A stretch of DNA of 57,865 nt from IMG/VR virus record IMGVR_UViG_3300030101_004515, positions 1-57,865 of that record; one strand, 5' to 3'. The notes under the pieces were generated by a model, which made no database searches, was not told the origin of the DNA, and saw only the letters and a program-made list of their open reading frames with translations. Position 1 is the stretch's first letter, and the number at the start of each line of letters is the position of its first letter. A program made the position numbers and the translations under genes. Source of the DNA: a virus (lineage: Duplodnaviria > Caudoviricetes). Positions 1 through 7,820 of this stretch are shown piece by piece.

Positions 1-17
1 ACTATAAATAATACTAA

Positions 18-155
18 ATGGAAAATACAAATATAGTAGTCCACCCTATTTACGGGCCAATAGAATGCGCCGTAAGAGATGGCATGTTCTACGACCCTGA
101 AACAGATACGTGGAATGAGTTATGCGTTGAATCAATTTATAAATTAAATTCATAG
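18..155 (+). CDS. small hypothetical early protein (45 aa, MENTNIVVHP...)
   Basis: Read manually: ATG at 18, TAG at 153-155, AT-rich leader, packed against the next ORF. Confidence 0.55.
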   Translation: MENTNIVVHPIYGPIECAVRDGMFYDPETDTWNELCVESIYKLNS

Positions 156-157
156 CT

Positions 158-301
158 ATGGAATGGTATCAGAATAAAATATCCGGCGAGTGCTGGAATT
201 GCGGACATCATACACTGACATCAATTGTAAGTGATGATATATGTGGCGATATATGCCCAAGATGCGGTGAGGAACAGACCGAACCAGATACGATTGAGTA
301 A
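158..301 (+). CDS. small zinc-ribbon protein (47 aa)
   Basis: Manual translation MEWYQNKISGECWNCGH...ICPRCGEEQTEPDTIE contains two CxxC pairs. Confidence 0.65.
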   Translation: MEWYQNKISGECWNCGHHTLTSIVSDDICGDICPRCGEEQTEPDTIE

Positions 302-312
302 TGATATTAATA
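280..312 (+). promoter_or_regulatory. promoter-like motif copy 1 (CGAACCAGATACG-N10-GATATTAATA)
   Basis: One of five exactly spaced copies; lies just upstream of ATG 315. Confidence 0.7.
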
Positions 313-314
313 AT

Positions 315-683
315 ATGGAAAAAACAAAAAAGTACGAGTGGCTTACTGAAGCAGAACAAACCGCTCACGATTATAGAAAAGACTGTATTGATACAGTAGT
401 TACCGATATTAACTGGGAACTTATGAGTGATGATTATGAGTTCGAGGAGTGGCATATCGGCGACCACATAAACTCTTATGTAGAGAATGCGTGTATATAT
501 TCATGGGACTGCAAAGAAATCTTGAAGAAGCTTAACTACGATATATGGTCTGACGACCCAATGACAGGCGAAAGAGCTAACAGTGAGATGCAAGCAGCGA
601 TATGGGCGCTAGAAGGCGCGTTGTATGACAGCGATATAGAGGGACAAATAAAGAATGAATTAAACCTGAAGAGTGATGGATAG
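315..683 (+). CDS. acidic early protein, possible Ocr-like DNA mimic
   Basis: Likely start is ATG 315 (MEKTKK) downstream of the motif; very D/E rich; HINSYVENACIYSWD resembles the Ocr core. Confidence 0.6.
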   Translation: MEKTKKYEWLTEAEQTAHDYRKDCIDTVVTDINWELMSDDYEFEEWHIGDHINSYVENACIYSWDCKEILKKLNYDIWSDDPMTGERANSEMQAAIWALEGALYDSDIEGQIKNELNLKSDG

Positions 684-906
684 AGAGCTAATAGAAATGG
701 ATATTAAAGAAGCAATCGGAAAGGTTGTAGATACATTAGAAAATCACAATTCTGATGCGTGGAGACCTGAGGGGTTTATGGACGGCAGAATACACGACTT
801 AATACAAGACGCAATAACAAGTGCTATACACTCTATTGCCGACGATTTAGCTTATAAGTTTAAAGTTGGTAATTATGCAAACGAACCTAACACGGAAGAT
901 GAATGA
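676..906 (+). CDS. hypothetical acidic protein
   Basis: ORF track 673..906; ATG at 676 overlaps the end of the upstream gene. Confidence 0.7.
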   Translation: MDRELIEMDIKEAIGKVVDTLENHNSDAWRPEGFMDGRIHDLIQDAITSAIHSIADDLAYKFKVGNYANEPNTEDE

Positions 907-914
907 TATTATAG
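882..914 (+). promoter_or_regulatory. promoter-like motif copy 2 (CGAACCTAACACG-N10-GATATTATAG)
   Basis: Repeat motif located upstream of the tRNA. Confidence 0.7.
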
Positions 915-1020
915 TTGTTAATTAGGTTTATAGTTTAACAATGAGTAATTGTCAGGCGGCATGAAGCAAAACGGCGATATAAAAAGGCAATGCCTGATTC
1001 GCCCTTTACTCTAATAATAT

Positions 1021-1092
1021 AGCGACGTGGAGAAGTGGTATCTTGCTGGGCTCATAACCCAGAGGTCGGCGGTTCGAGTCCGCCCGTCGCAA
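1021..1092 (+). tRNA. initiator tRNA-fMet (anticodon CAT)
   Basis: Full cloverleaf: acceptor AGCGACG/CGTCGCA with 1:72 mismatch, D stem GAGA/TCTT (A11-U24), anticodon arm CTGGG-CTCATAA-CCCAG with three G-C pairs, T arm GGCGG-TTCGAGT-CCGCC; CCA is not encoded. Confidence 0.95.
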
Positions 1093-1094
1093 CT

Positions 1095-1334
1095 ATGAGA
1101 AAAGTAAGCAAAGAAGTTTTACTAATAGATAGTAAAGCAATAAAACAAATCTCGTATGACCGAGAGAAAAGAATACTACTGGTATTGTTTCAGAATGGCA
1201 CTATGTATTCATATTGGAAAGTACATGTGCGTACATTTCAACGGTTGCGTAATAGCTACTCGATAGGAAAGTTTTATAACAGGAATATAAAAAATAAATA
1301 CAGTTATACAAAACAAACAGTAAAAGTAATATAA
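1095..1334 (+). CDS. KTSC-domain protein (79 aa)
   Basis: SKAIKQISYD...LLVLFQNGTMYSYWKV...SIGKFYNRNIKNKY matches the KTSC pattern; start is ATG 1095, after the tRNA. Confidence 0.85.
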   Translation: MRKVSKEVLLIDSKAIKQISYDREKRILLVLFQNGTMYSYWKVHVRTFQRLRNSYSIGKFYNRNIKNKYSYTKQTVKVI

Positions 1335-1618
1335 TGAAAAAAACAGGATTAGTAGATTTTCATGCAAACGACCCCGTTAGTTGTTTTAAAAGAATGATGG
1401 AGTCTTGTTATTGCTATGGAGGTTTAACTAAAAGTAATAAGTATATATTAGAATATAAAGATGAGTTAGGTGAAGACACATGGAATGCGGTTTATAGTGA
1501 CTATAGCAAATGGCTAAAAGATAACTATACCGTAGAACATAATGTTGGCACAGATAATGAAGGATTATCTTATAATAGGTTAATACCAAGACTTGATAAT
1601 ACTAATGATGATATATGA
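1334..1618 (+). CDS. hypothetical protein
   Basis: ORF track; TAATG stop/start coupling with the upstream gene. Confidence 0.7.
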   Translation: MKKTGLVDFHANDPVSCFKRMMESCYCYGGLTKSNKYILEYKDELGEDTWNAVYSDYSKWLKDNYTVEHNVGTDNEGLSYNRLIPRLDNTNDDI

Positions 1619-1920
1619 AAGCAGAAGACTTTGGGTTTTCGCGTGACGAGTTAGACCAAATAGATAACATAGCCGCACAGTTTTTCAAAGAGGAATACTT
1701 CAGAGAAGAGCGTGCTGGTTATACCATGACGATATATGAATTAGTAGACCTGATTCATACTAAGTTACATCAAGATGAAACCACACTTATTAACGAAAAG
1801 CTGGATTTACTTGATAAGTTCCACCAAAATAAGTATATTCGTGCGGTAATCTACACTTCACTAGTACAGATTAGCAAAACAATTTACGAATATTATCTAA
1901 AAGATAAGTATGGAAGATAA
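1615..1920 (+). CDS. hypothetical protein
   Basis: ORF track; ATGA overlap with the upstream gene. Confidence 0.7.
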   Translation: MKAEDFGFSRDELDQIDNIAAQFFKEEYFREERAGYTMTIYELVDLIHTKLHQDETTLINEKLDLLDKFHQNKYIRAVIYTSLVQISKTIYEYYLKDKYGR

Positions 1921-2080
1921 ACCATGTTGCGTTTGCGGCAGACAATATGACGGAGAAGGACACAATCCTGACCCCCTCGTAATGACGGGAAGGTGCTGCA
2001 CTGCGTGTAATGTTACTGTTGTAATTCCTGCTCGTATATCACTTCACTATTTAGGAAAGGGAGATAGGCCGCGTGCCTAA
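1910..2080 (+). CDS. small Cys-rich zinc-binding phage protein (56 aa)
   Basis: Manual translation MEDKPCCVCGRQYDGEGHNPDPLVMTGRCCTACNVTVVIPARI...; the CxxC...GHNPxP...CCxxCN..VIPAR pattern recurs in phages. Confidence 0.7.
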   Translation: MEDKPCCVCGRQYDGEGHNPDPLVMTGRCCTACNVTVVIPARISLHYLGKGDRPRA

Positions 2081-2104
2081 CGTCGCATGACAATAGACTG
2101 CTAA

Positions 2105-2137
2105 CGGACCCGACACGAATGCCAAACGATATAATAG
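2105..2137 (+). promoter_or_regulatory. promoter-like motif copy 3 (CGGACCCGACACG-N10-GATATAATAG)
   Basis: Intergenic repeat motif upstream of ATG 2154. Confidence 0.7.
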
Positions 2138-2153
2138 GCAAATAAGTTTATAT

Positions 2154-2333
2154 ATGAAAAAAAGTAAAAACATAAGCACTACGCTTACAGACGCGCTACT
2201 TAATATAGTAGCTGAAAAACACTTCGATAAGAAGTATGACGAGCTCGATTTGTTCCAAAAGAACCATTGCGCTAAGTATGTATTGAGTTACATAAACGAG
2301 ACTGATGCGCTTAAAACCGAAATAGAGCTATGA
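2154..2333 (+). CDS. hypothetical protein (59 aa, MKKSKNIST...)
   Basis: Manual ORF; ATGA coupling to the next gene. Confidence 0.6.
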   Translation: MKKSKNISTTLTDALLNIVAEKHFDKKYDELDLFQKNHCAKYVLSYINETDALKTEIEL

Positions 2334-2773
2334 GTTACACTAAACACGACTATCCAATCCACAAGCTTCCGCAGCCGGAGGACCATGTGAAGGCGGTAAA
2401 GGAATACTTTGGCGCAACGGTTATTGTTGAAGATGACATATACAATGGCAAGTACAAAAACTGGTGTATATACATATCAGAGGAAACAATGGACGGTACT
2501 CTCTTGCATTATACCACGAGAGATACCTCTAGGTGTACGTATGTAGGTAGCATGACTAACGACGCTACTGATTTGTGGGACGAGTTAGAAGAAGATATAA
2601 GAGGCGGCAACGACGTTGTTGTATATACGTGGTTTGCAGATGAATTACACAACGGCGGCACTGCAGAAGACATATGCCGTGAGGTATGGGACTATGCTTG
2701 CGCGGACTCTCGCGTAGACGAGGAAAAGAACGCTAAGTTAAATTTAAGTAATATTGAAATAGATGAGAATTAA
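2330..2773 (+). CDS. hypothetical acidic protein
   Basis: ORF track, 147 aa. Confidence 0.75.
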   Translation: MSYTKHDYPIHKLPQPEDHVKAVKEYFGATVIVEDDIYNGKYKNWCIYISEETMDGTLLHYTTRDTSRCTYVGSMTNDATDLWDELEEDIRGGNDVVVYTWFADELHNGGTAEDICREVWDYACADSRVDEEKNAKLNLSNIEIDEN

Positions 2774-2996
2774 TATAAAACCAACACCGTCAGCAATGCT
2801 TTTCAACAAACGAAAGGCGTTGCATACGGCGTACGTCGGCAACCGCGTTATGGAATTGCATGACGAGATTAGCCGTATAACATTTAATATCGACCGTAAT
2901 CCGACTGCTGACGCGAATGAAATAATTGATGAAATCAAAAATAAATTGTGGTTTATGAGAAAGTATCAGCGTTATTACAGGCTGCTGAGAACGTGA
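2763..2996 (+). CDS. hypothetical protein
   Basis: ORF track, 77 aa, overlaps the upstream stop. Confidence 0.65.
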   Translation: MRINIKPTPSAMLFNKRKALHTAYVGNRVMELHDEISRITFNIDRNPTADANEIIDEIKNKLWFMRKYQRYYRLLRT

Positions 2997-3030
2997 CAAT
3001 AGGTACAATAATTAATATAGTAGCAGGCTA

Positions 3031-3705
3031 ATGTCGCACGAACGAAAGTTTGAATACTTAACTAATAATAGAATAGTTTATAGGCGTGACCCAGTATCTG
3101 ATAAACCAGATGAAGAAACACCACACTATAAGTTATATAATATTGGTACACACGAGTGTTATGAATTATTTAGAAGTAAAGCAAAGATTACGACGTTTAA
3201 ATCTTTGAAGTGGCATTTGCTTGTATTACTATATTTAAACGATCATCTTACTAAAACTATGTTTTTAAAATTAGGAAAGCACATAACGAACAAATCAAAT
3301 GGTTTTATTACATTCGTAATAGAAGAGAACAGGTTAGTAACAATAGTTGACGACGTATGGGCTCAGGATTTAGATAAACCGCCGAAGAATAGATTAAGAA
3401 AAATTATATTCAAAGACAACTGCGGTTTAAATAGAATTGAAAAGCTTAAGCTTGTAGGAAAAGTATTAGGTCGAGGAAAGAAAGCAAGCGAGAGTGATAT
3501 ATACGAAGCGATGCTATACATGCACGACGTCGGTAAAAAAATTACTGTAAGTTCATTAGCTACTCAACTACAAGTAACTACACGTACTATCTTCAGAAAC
3601 ATGAGTGATTCTTTAAAAGAAGAGAAACACCGAATGAACGATGAAACATTACAGCATACTAAACTACATACGTTACAAAGAAGAATTAACAGAAAGGTTA
3701 TTTGA
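3031..3705 (+). CDS. DNA-binding protein with C-terminal HTH (regulator or replication initiator)
   Basis: ITVSSLATQLQVTTRTIFRNM is a helix-turn-helix signature. Confidence 0.7.
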   Translation: MSHERKFEYLTNNRIVYRRDPVSDKPDEETPHYKLYNIGTHECYELFRSKAKITTFKSLKWHLLVLLYLNDHLTKTMFLKLGKHITNKSNGFITFVIEENRLVTIVDDVWAQDLDKPPKNRLRKIIFKDNCGLNRIEKLKLVGKVLGRGKKASESDIYEAMLYMHDVGKKITVSSLATQLQVTTRTIFRNMSDSLKEEKHRMNDETLQHTKLHTLQRRINRKVI

Positions 3706-4402
3706 AGAATGCTGCAACTCAGAAACATCACGAGAAGACTTAATACTATGCGCAAGACCTCTAGTAGAAGCAGTAGCATGGAAGTTTGTACTGACGTACC
3801 AAGCGTCGGGGGTGATGTCGATACTAGATCTAATACAGGAAGGTACAATAGGTTTGATAAACGCCGTAGACAGAATAGATTGGGACAAAGTTTATGGGAC
3901 AGCGAAACCGGGAGAAGAACCGCTTATGGTAAAAGGGTTCTTAAAAAAAAGAATAAAGGGTTCGATCAGAAGAGCGATAGACATAAACAGGGGAAGCATG
4001 AGAATACCGGAACACAGGTTAAACGAAATCAGAAAGAACAGCAGCAACAAAGAGATGGTAAAAGTTTTCTTCGACAGTATATTTGTAAGCTTAGACGTAA
4101 ACACTTCAACGGACAGCAATATATTACTACAAATACCCGACAGCTCAACCACATACAACATAAATATTCTCAATCAATATTTGATGGGACTGATGAGAAT
4201 GCACCTAACTCAACTAGAATACAACGTATTACGAATGAGTTATGGTTTAGATTGCGACAAACTCAGCGCAAAAGAAATATCAGAAAAGTTGGATATAAAA
4301 GGTTCAGCATCTTACGTAAGAGTATCACAAATAAAAAAAGACGGGATAGACAAGCTTATAAAAAACGTAGAGCCAGAACAAGTTGTAGATTATTTAGGAT
4401 AA
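3641..4402 (+). CDS. phage-encoded sigma70-family RNA polymerase sigma factor
   Basis: Region 2 DLIQEGTIGLINAVDRID and IRRAIDINRGSMRIPEH; region 4 EYNVLRMSYGL...SAKEISEKL...VRVSQIKKDGIDKL. Confidence 0.9.
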   Translation: MKHYSILNYIRYKEELTERLFEECCNSETSREDLILCARPLVEAVAWKFVLTYQASGVMSILDLIQEGTIGLINAVDRIDWDKVYGTAKPGEEPLMVKGFLKKRIKGSIRRAIDINRGSMRIPEHRLNEIRKNSSNKEMVKVFFDSIFVSLDVNTSTDSNILLQIPDSSTTYNINILNQYLMGLMRMHLTQLEYNVLRMSYGLDCDKLSAKEISEKLDIKGSASYVRVSQIKKDGIDKLIKNVEPEQVVDYLG

Positions 4403-4404
4403 CC

Positions 4405-4437
4405 CGAGCCAGACACGAGTAATCATTGATATATATA
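4405..4437 (+). promoter_or_regulatory. promoter-like motif copy 4 (CGAGCCAGACACG-N10-GATATATATA)
   Basis: Directly after the sigma gene stop and upstream of the recombination genes. Confidence 0.7.
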
Positions 4438-4439
4438 AC

Positions 4440-4556
4440 ATGTATGAATACGAAAAAAAAGTGAAAGCTATATTGTTAATCGCTGATACATTAAACGATT
4501 ACGAAATACTTAAGCTTATTAAAAAGTTAAACAAAAGAGTTCAAACAGATGACTAA
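4440..4556 (+). CDS. small hypothetical protein (38 aa)
   Basis: Manual ORF MYEYEKKVKAILLIAD...; fills the gap between motif copy 4 and the next gene. Confidence 0.45.
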   Translation: MYEYEKKVKAILLIADTLNDYEILKLIKKLNKRVQTDD

Positions 4557-4962
4557 ATCAGAATTATTAAATAATTTATATAAAAAGTATGGTCTTGACA
4601 AAGAAGATACTTTTAGAAGTCCACAAGGTTGGACTATAATTACAAGAGCGGGTATTGACAAGATACAAGCTCAAGCGGATATTGATATTACATACGACTG
4701 TATAGAGTATACTCCGGGCGTTTCAGCTGCTGTAAAAGCAAGTGCTGAATGGAACAGTAGAAAATTAGAAACTTATGGTGAAGCTAATGAGAAGAATTGT
4801 AGACAAAGCTACGTGCTAGCAATGGCAGAAAAAAGGGCTATGTCAAGAATTACTCTTAAATTAACGGGATTTTATGCGTTAGGCGCATTTGGGGAAGACG
4901 AGTCAGAAGACTTTAAAAGACCAAAGCAAATAACAGAAGATCATGTTAAAATGACACTATAA
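4549..4962 (+). CDS. putative single-strand annealing/recombination protein
   Basis: AMAEKRAMSR...FGEDESEDF motif; adjacent to an exonuclease and SSB as in phage recombination modules. Confidence 0.6.
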   Translation: MTKSELLNNLYKKYGLDKEDTFRSPQGWTIITRAGIDKIQAQADIDITYDCIEYTPGVSAAVKASAEWNSRKLETYGEANEKNCRQSYVLAMAEKRAMSRITLKLTGFYALGAFGEDESEDFKRPKQITEDHVKMTL

Positions 4963-5693
4963 TGCAAAGAAAAAAAATTCTTGAAATGCTTGAAGACGAC
5001 GACCAATACTATAACGGTATAGGTCGTGAGTTTTTAAGCAACAGTAATATATCTACTTTACAGAACGATCCCACTAAACTGAAAGAGCCTACCCCTAATC
5101 ACATTAATTTTGTTATAGGTAGGTATGTCCACACCGCTATACTTGAACCCAATAAATTAAAAAACTTTAAAATTATTGAGTCAAGCACAAGAAATACAAA
5201 AAAATATAGAGAGCTATCAGAAGGTGAAATATGTTTACTACAACACGAGGTGGACAAGATTGAGAACATGGTAGAGAAGATAGAAAAGAATAAATACTTT
5301 ACTGAGCTAATAGCGGGAATGAACATTGAATATGAAGTTCCTAATATAATGCAGCTAGAGGATTTATGGTGGAAATGCAAGGCTGATATTGTAAACCACG
5401 ACGACAAGCTTATCGTTGATTTAAAAACGACAAGCGATATTAATTTATTCAAATCGAGATGTAGAAAATATAACTACGACAGTCAGGCTTATATATACTC
5501 CTCGATGTTCGGTTACGAATTTATATTTTTAGTAATTGATAAGAATACATTAAAGACAGGTATTTTTGAATGCTCAACCGAATTTTACGAGTCGGGTCAA
5601 CGCAAAGTAAAGGAAGCGTCAGAAATATATAAATTGTTTTATGAAACAGAAAACTTTGACCCAAACCAATATTTTATAACCAAAACATTATAA
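4962..5693 (+). CDS. RecE/exonuclease VIII-like PD-(D/E)XK nuclease
   Basis: LSNSNI, GRYVHTAILEP, KCKADIV...IVDLKTT, YDSQAYIY motifs. Confidence 0.85.
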   Translation: MQRKKILEMLEDDDQYYNGIGREFLSNSNISTLQNDPTKLKEPTPNHINFVIGRYVHTAILEPNKLKNFKIIESSTRNTKKYRELSEGEICLLQHEVDKIENMVEKIEKNKYFTELIAGMNIEYEVPNIMQLEDLWWKCKADIVNHDDKLIVDLKTTSDINLFKSRCRKYNYDSQAYIYSSMFGYEFIFLVIDKNTLKTGIFECSTEFYESGQRKVKEASEIYKLFYETENFDPNQYFITKTL

Positions 5694-5694
5694 T

Positions 5695-6015
5695 ATGGCA
5701 GGAATTTTAAAAGGAAACCTAGATGTTACCAAGATACCAAAGGATAAAATCTATAATGGTAAAAAGGGTAAATACATTCCCGTTGTTATTGCAATCAACA
5801 ACGAAGTGGATCAGTTTGGTCATAACGGTTCAGTAACCGTAGACCAATCAAAAGAAGAGCGCGACGCAAAAGAGCCTAAGGTTTATTTAGGAAACATAAA
5901 AGTCGTATGGACAGACGGTGAAGCAATGCCCGCTGCACAACAGCAGGGACAAGCTCAGCCATCTCCAGTTTCTCAAACGGCTGCTGCGCCGACAGATGAT
6001 GATCTTCCGTTCTAA
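5695..6015 (+). CDS. putative single-stranded DNA-binding protein
   Basis: Q/P/A-rich linker and acidic C-terminal DDDLPF tail; gene context. Confidence 0.7.
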   Translation: MAGILKGNLDVTKIPKDKIYNGKKGKYIPVVIAINNEVDQFGHNGSVTVDQSKEERDAKEPKVYLGNIKVVWTDGEAMPAAQQQGQAQPSPVSQTAAAPTDDDLPF

Positions 6016-6017
6016 TA

Positions 6018-6050
6018 CGAGATCAACACGAAGCAGCTATGATATAACAA
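6018..6050 (+). promoter_or_regulatory. promoter-like motif copy 5 (CGAGATCAACACG-N10-GATATAACAA)
   Basis: Intergenic, upstream of the primase-helicase. Confidence 0.65.
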
Positions 6051-6095
6051 TCGACAAACAATAATGTTAGTCATAATATTTATTTATTCATTTTT

Positions 6096-7820
6096 ATGTT
6101 CAATACGGTAGAGGTTAATGGTTTTTATGTGGATAAGTTCAACCAGTATAATCTACCGGTAGGTAAAGCGGAGAGTGTTTGTCCTCTCTGCTCTCACCTG
6201 CGTAAGCCAGAAAACAGAAAAAAGAAATGTGCAAGCTTAGACTGGGAAAGAGGTTTAGGTACTTGCCATAATTGCAATAAAACATTCCAGCTACATACTT
6301 ACCAAAGAAAAGGTGGTTCGGATATAGAATACAAAAGACCAGCTTACGATACAAAAACGCATAAGCCCGTGCAAAGCAAGGTTCTTAAATGGTTTGAATC
6401 GAGAGGTATATCTAAAAAAACAGTTGAGGATTTAAATATTTCAGAGGGACCAGAGTATATGCCGCAAACTGGAAAGGAAGAGAACACTATTAAGTTTAAT
6501 TATATGATAGGCGACCAGCTTATCAATATTAAATACAGAGACGCGAGAAAAAACTTTAAGCTTTACAAAGGTGCAGAAAAAATATTTTATAATATTAATA
6601 GTATTGTTGGTTACAATTCTTGTATTATAGTTGAAGGCGAAATGGATGTATGTGCTATACACGAAGCCGGTATTTCTAACGTAATATCAGTCCCAAACGG
6701 CGCCACACTAAACACAAACAACCTTGATTACTTAGATAATTGTATAGATTACTTTGCTGATAAAGAAAAAATTATAATAGCTGTTGATAATGATGCAGCT
6801 GGTATAGCCTTAAAACAAGAATTAATAAGAAGATTAGGCTCAGAGGTTTGTTATACTGTTGATTATGAAGAGCATAAAGATGCAAATGACGTATTGTTAG
6901 AAAGCCCTGAAAAGCTGAAATCAATTATCGATAAGGCTTTGCCTGTGCCTTTAGAAAACGTAACGACATTTAAAGACTTAGAAGATGATTTACAAGACTT
7001 TGTTAAAAACGGTTTTAAGCCGGGATTTCAGATTGGGATTAATAACTTTGATAATATCTTCAGCACTTACACTGGTCAGTTTATTACTGTTACTGGTATA
7101 CCTAGCAGCGGTAAAAGTGATTTCGTTGATCAAATGGTAATAGGCTATAATATAGGATATGATTGGAAAATAGGTTTTGCCTCTCCTGAAAACGCCCCCA
7201 CTTATTTACATGCTCATAAAATAATGCGTAAAATATGGGGCGGTATGCCTTCGCATAATGATATTGGTACTGAAAGATGGCAAGAAATATCAAATCATAT
7301 AAACAATAATTATTATTTTATAGATTTAGAAGTTCCATCACTTGAAGCAGTACTACGTAAGGGTGCCGAGCTTGTAAAGCGTAAAGGAATTAAGTGTTTA
7401 GTAATAGATCCTTTTAATAAAATAAGAGACACGAATGCTAATAGTATGGACGTAAACACATATACTTTAGAATATTTAACAAAAATAGAACAGTTTGCCA
7501 AACGTTATGATGTATTGGTAATTATAGTAGCGCATCCTACTAAAATGTATAAAGACAGTTCAGGTAAAATTGAAGAGCCTACAATGTATAACATAAAAGG
7601 AGGAGGCGAGTGGTATGACGCAAGCTATCACGGGCTGCTGGTACATAGAGATTATGAAAATAAAACAACAAAAGTTAAGGTATTAAAAGTAAAGTTTCAA
7701 AATTTAGGAGAAAACGGAGCTGAGTGTTTCTTTACGTGGGAACCGAAAAGTGGTTCTTATATACCATATATCAACGAAGAAGAAGAAGAAGTAGGGCCTT
7801 TACCGTGGGAAAATGGATAG
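6096..7820 (+). CDS. T7 gp4/Twinkle-like DNA primase-helicase
   Basis: Zn finger CPLC...CHNC, Toprim IVEGEMD and DND, Walker A GIPSSGKS, Walker B LVIDP, IVAHP motif. Confidence 0.95.
   Translation: MFNTVEVNGFYVDKFNQYNLPVGKAESVCPLCSHLRKPENRKKKCASLDWERGLGTCHNCNKTFQLHTYQRKGGSDIEYKRPAYDTKTHKPVQSKVLKWFESRGISKKTVEDLNISEGPEYMPQTGKEENTIKFNYMIGDQLINIKYRDARKNFKLYKGAEKIFYNINSIVGYNSCIIVEGEMDVCAIHEAGISNVISVPNGATLNTNNLDYLDNCIDYFADKEKIIIAVDNDAAGIALKQELIRRLGSEVCYTVDYEEHKDANDVLLESPEKLKSIIDKALPVPLENVTTFKDLEDDLQDFVKNGFKPGFQIGINNFDNIFSTYTGQFITVTGIPSSGKSDFVDQMVIGYNIGYDWKIGFASPENAPTYLHAHKIMRKIWGGMPSHNDIGTERWQEISNHINNNYYFIDLEVPSLEAVLRKGAELVKRKGIKCLVIDPFNKIRDTNANSMDVNTYTLEYLTKIEQFAKRYDVLVIIVAHPTKMYKDSSGKIEEPTMYNIKGGGEWYDASYHGLLVHRDYENKTTKVKVLKVKFQNLGENGAECFFTWEPKSGSYIPYINEEEEEVGPLPWENG

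Noticed and set aside
1035-1094. ORF-track N-terminal extension of the KTSC gene (MVSCWAHNPEVGGSSP...)
   Set aside because: It is a translation of the tRNA sequence; the real start is ATG 1095
280-6050. Repeated motif interpreted as a CRISPR array or mobile-element ends
   Set aside because: Copies are degenerate, kilobases apart and located at gene boundaries; no cas or transposase genes
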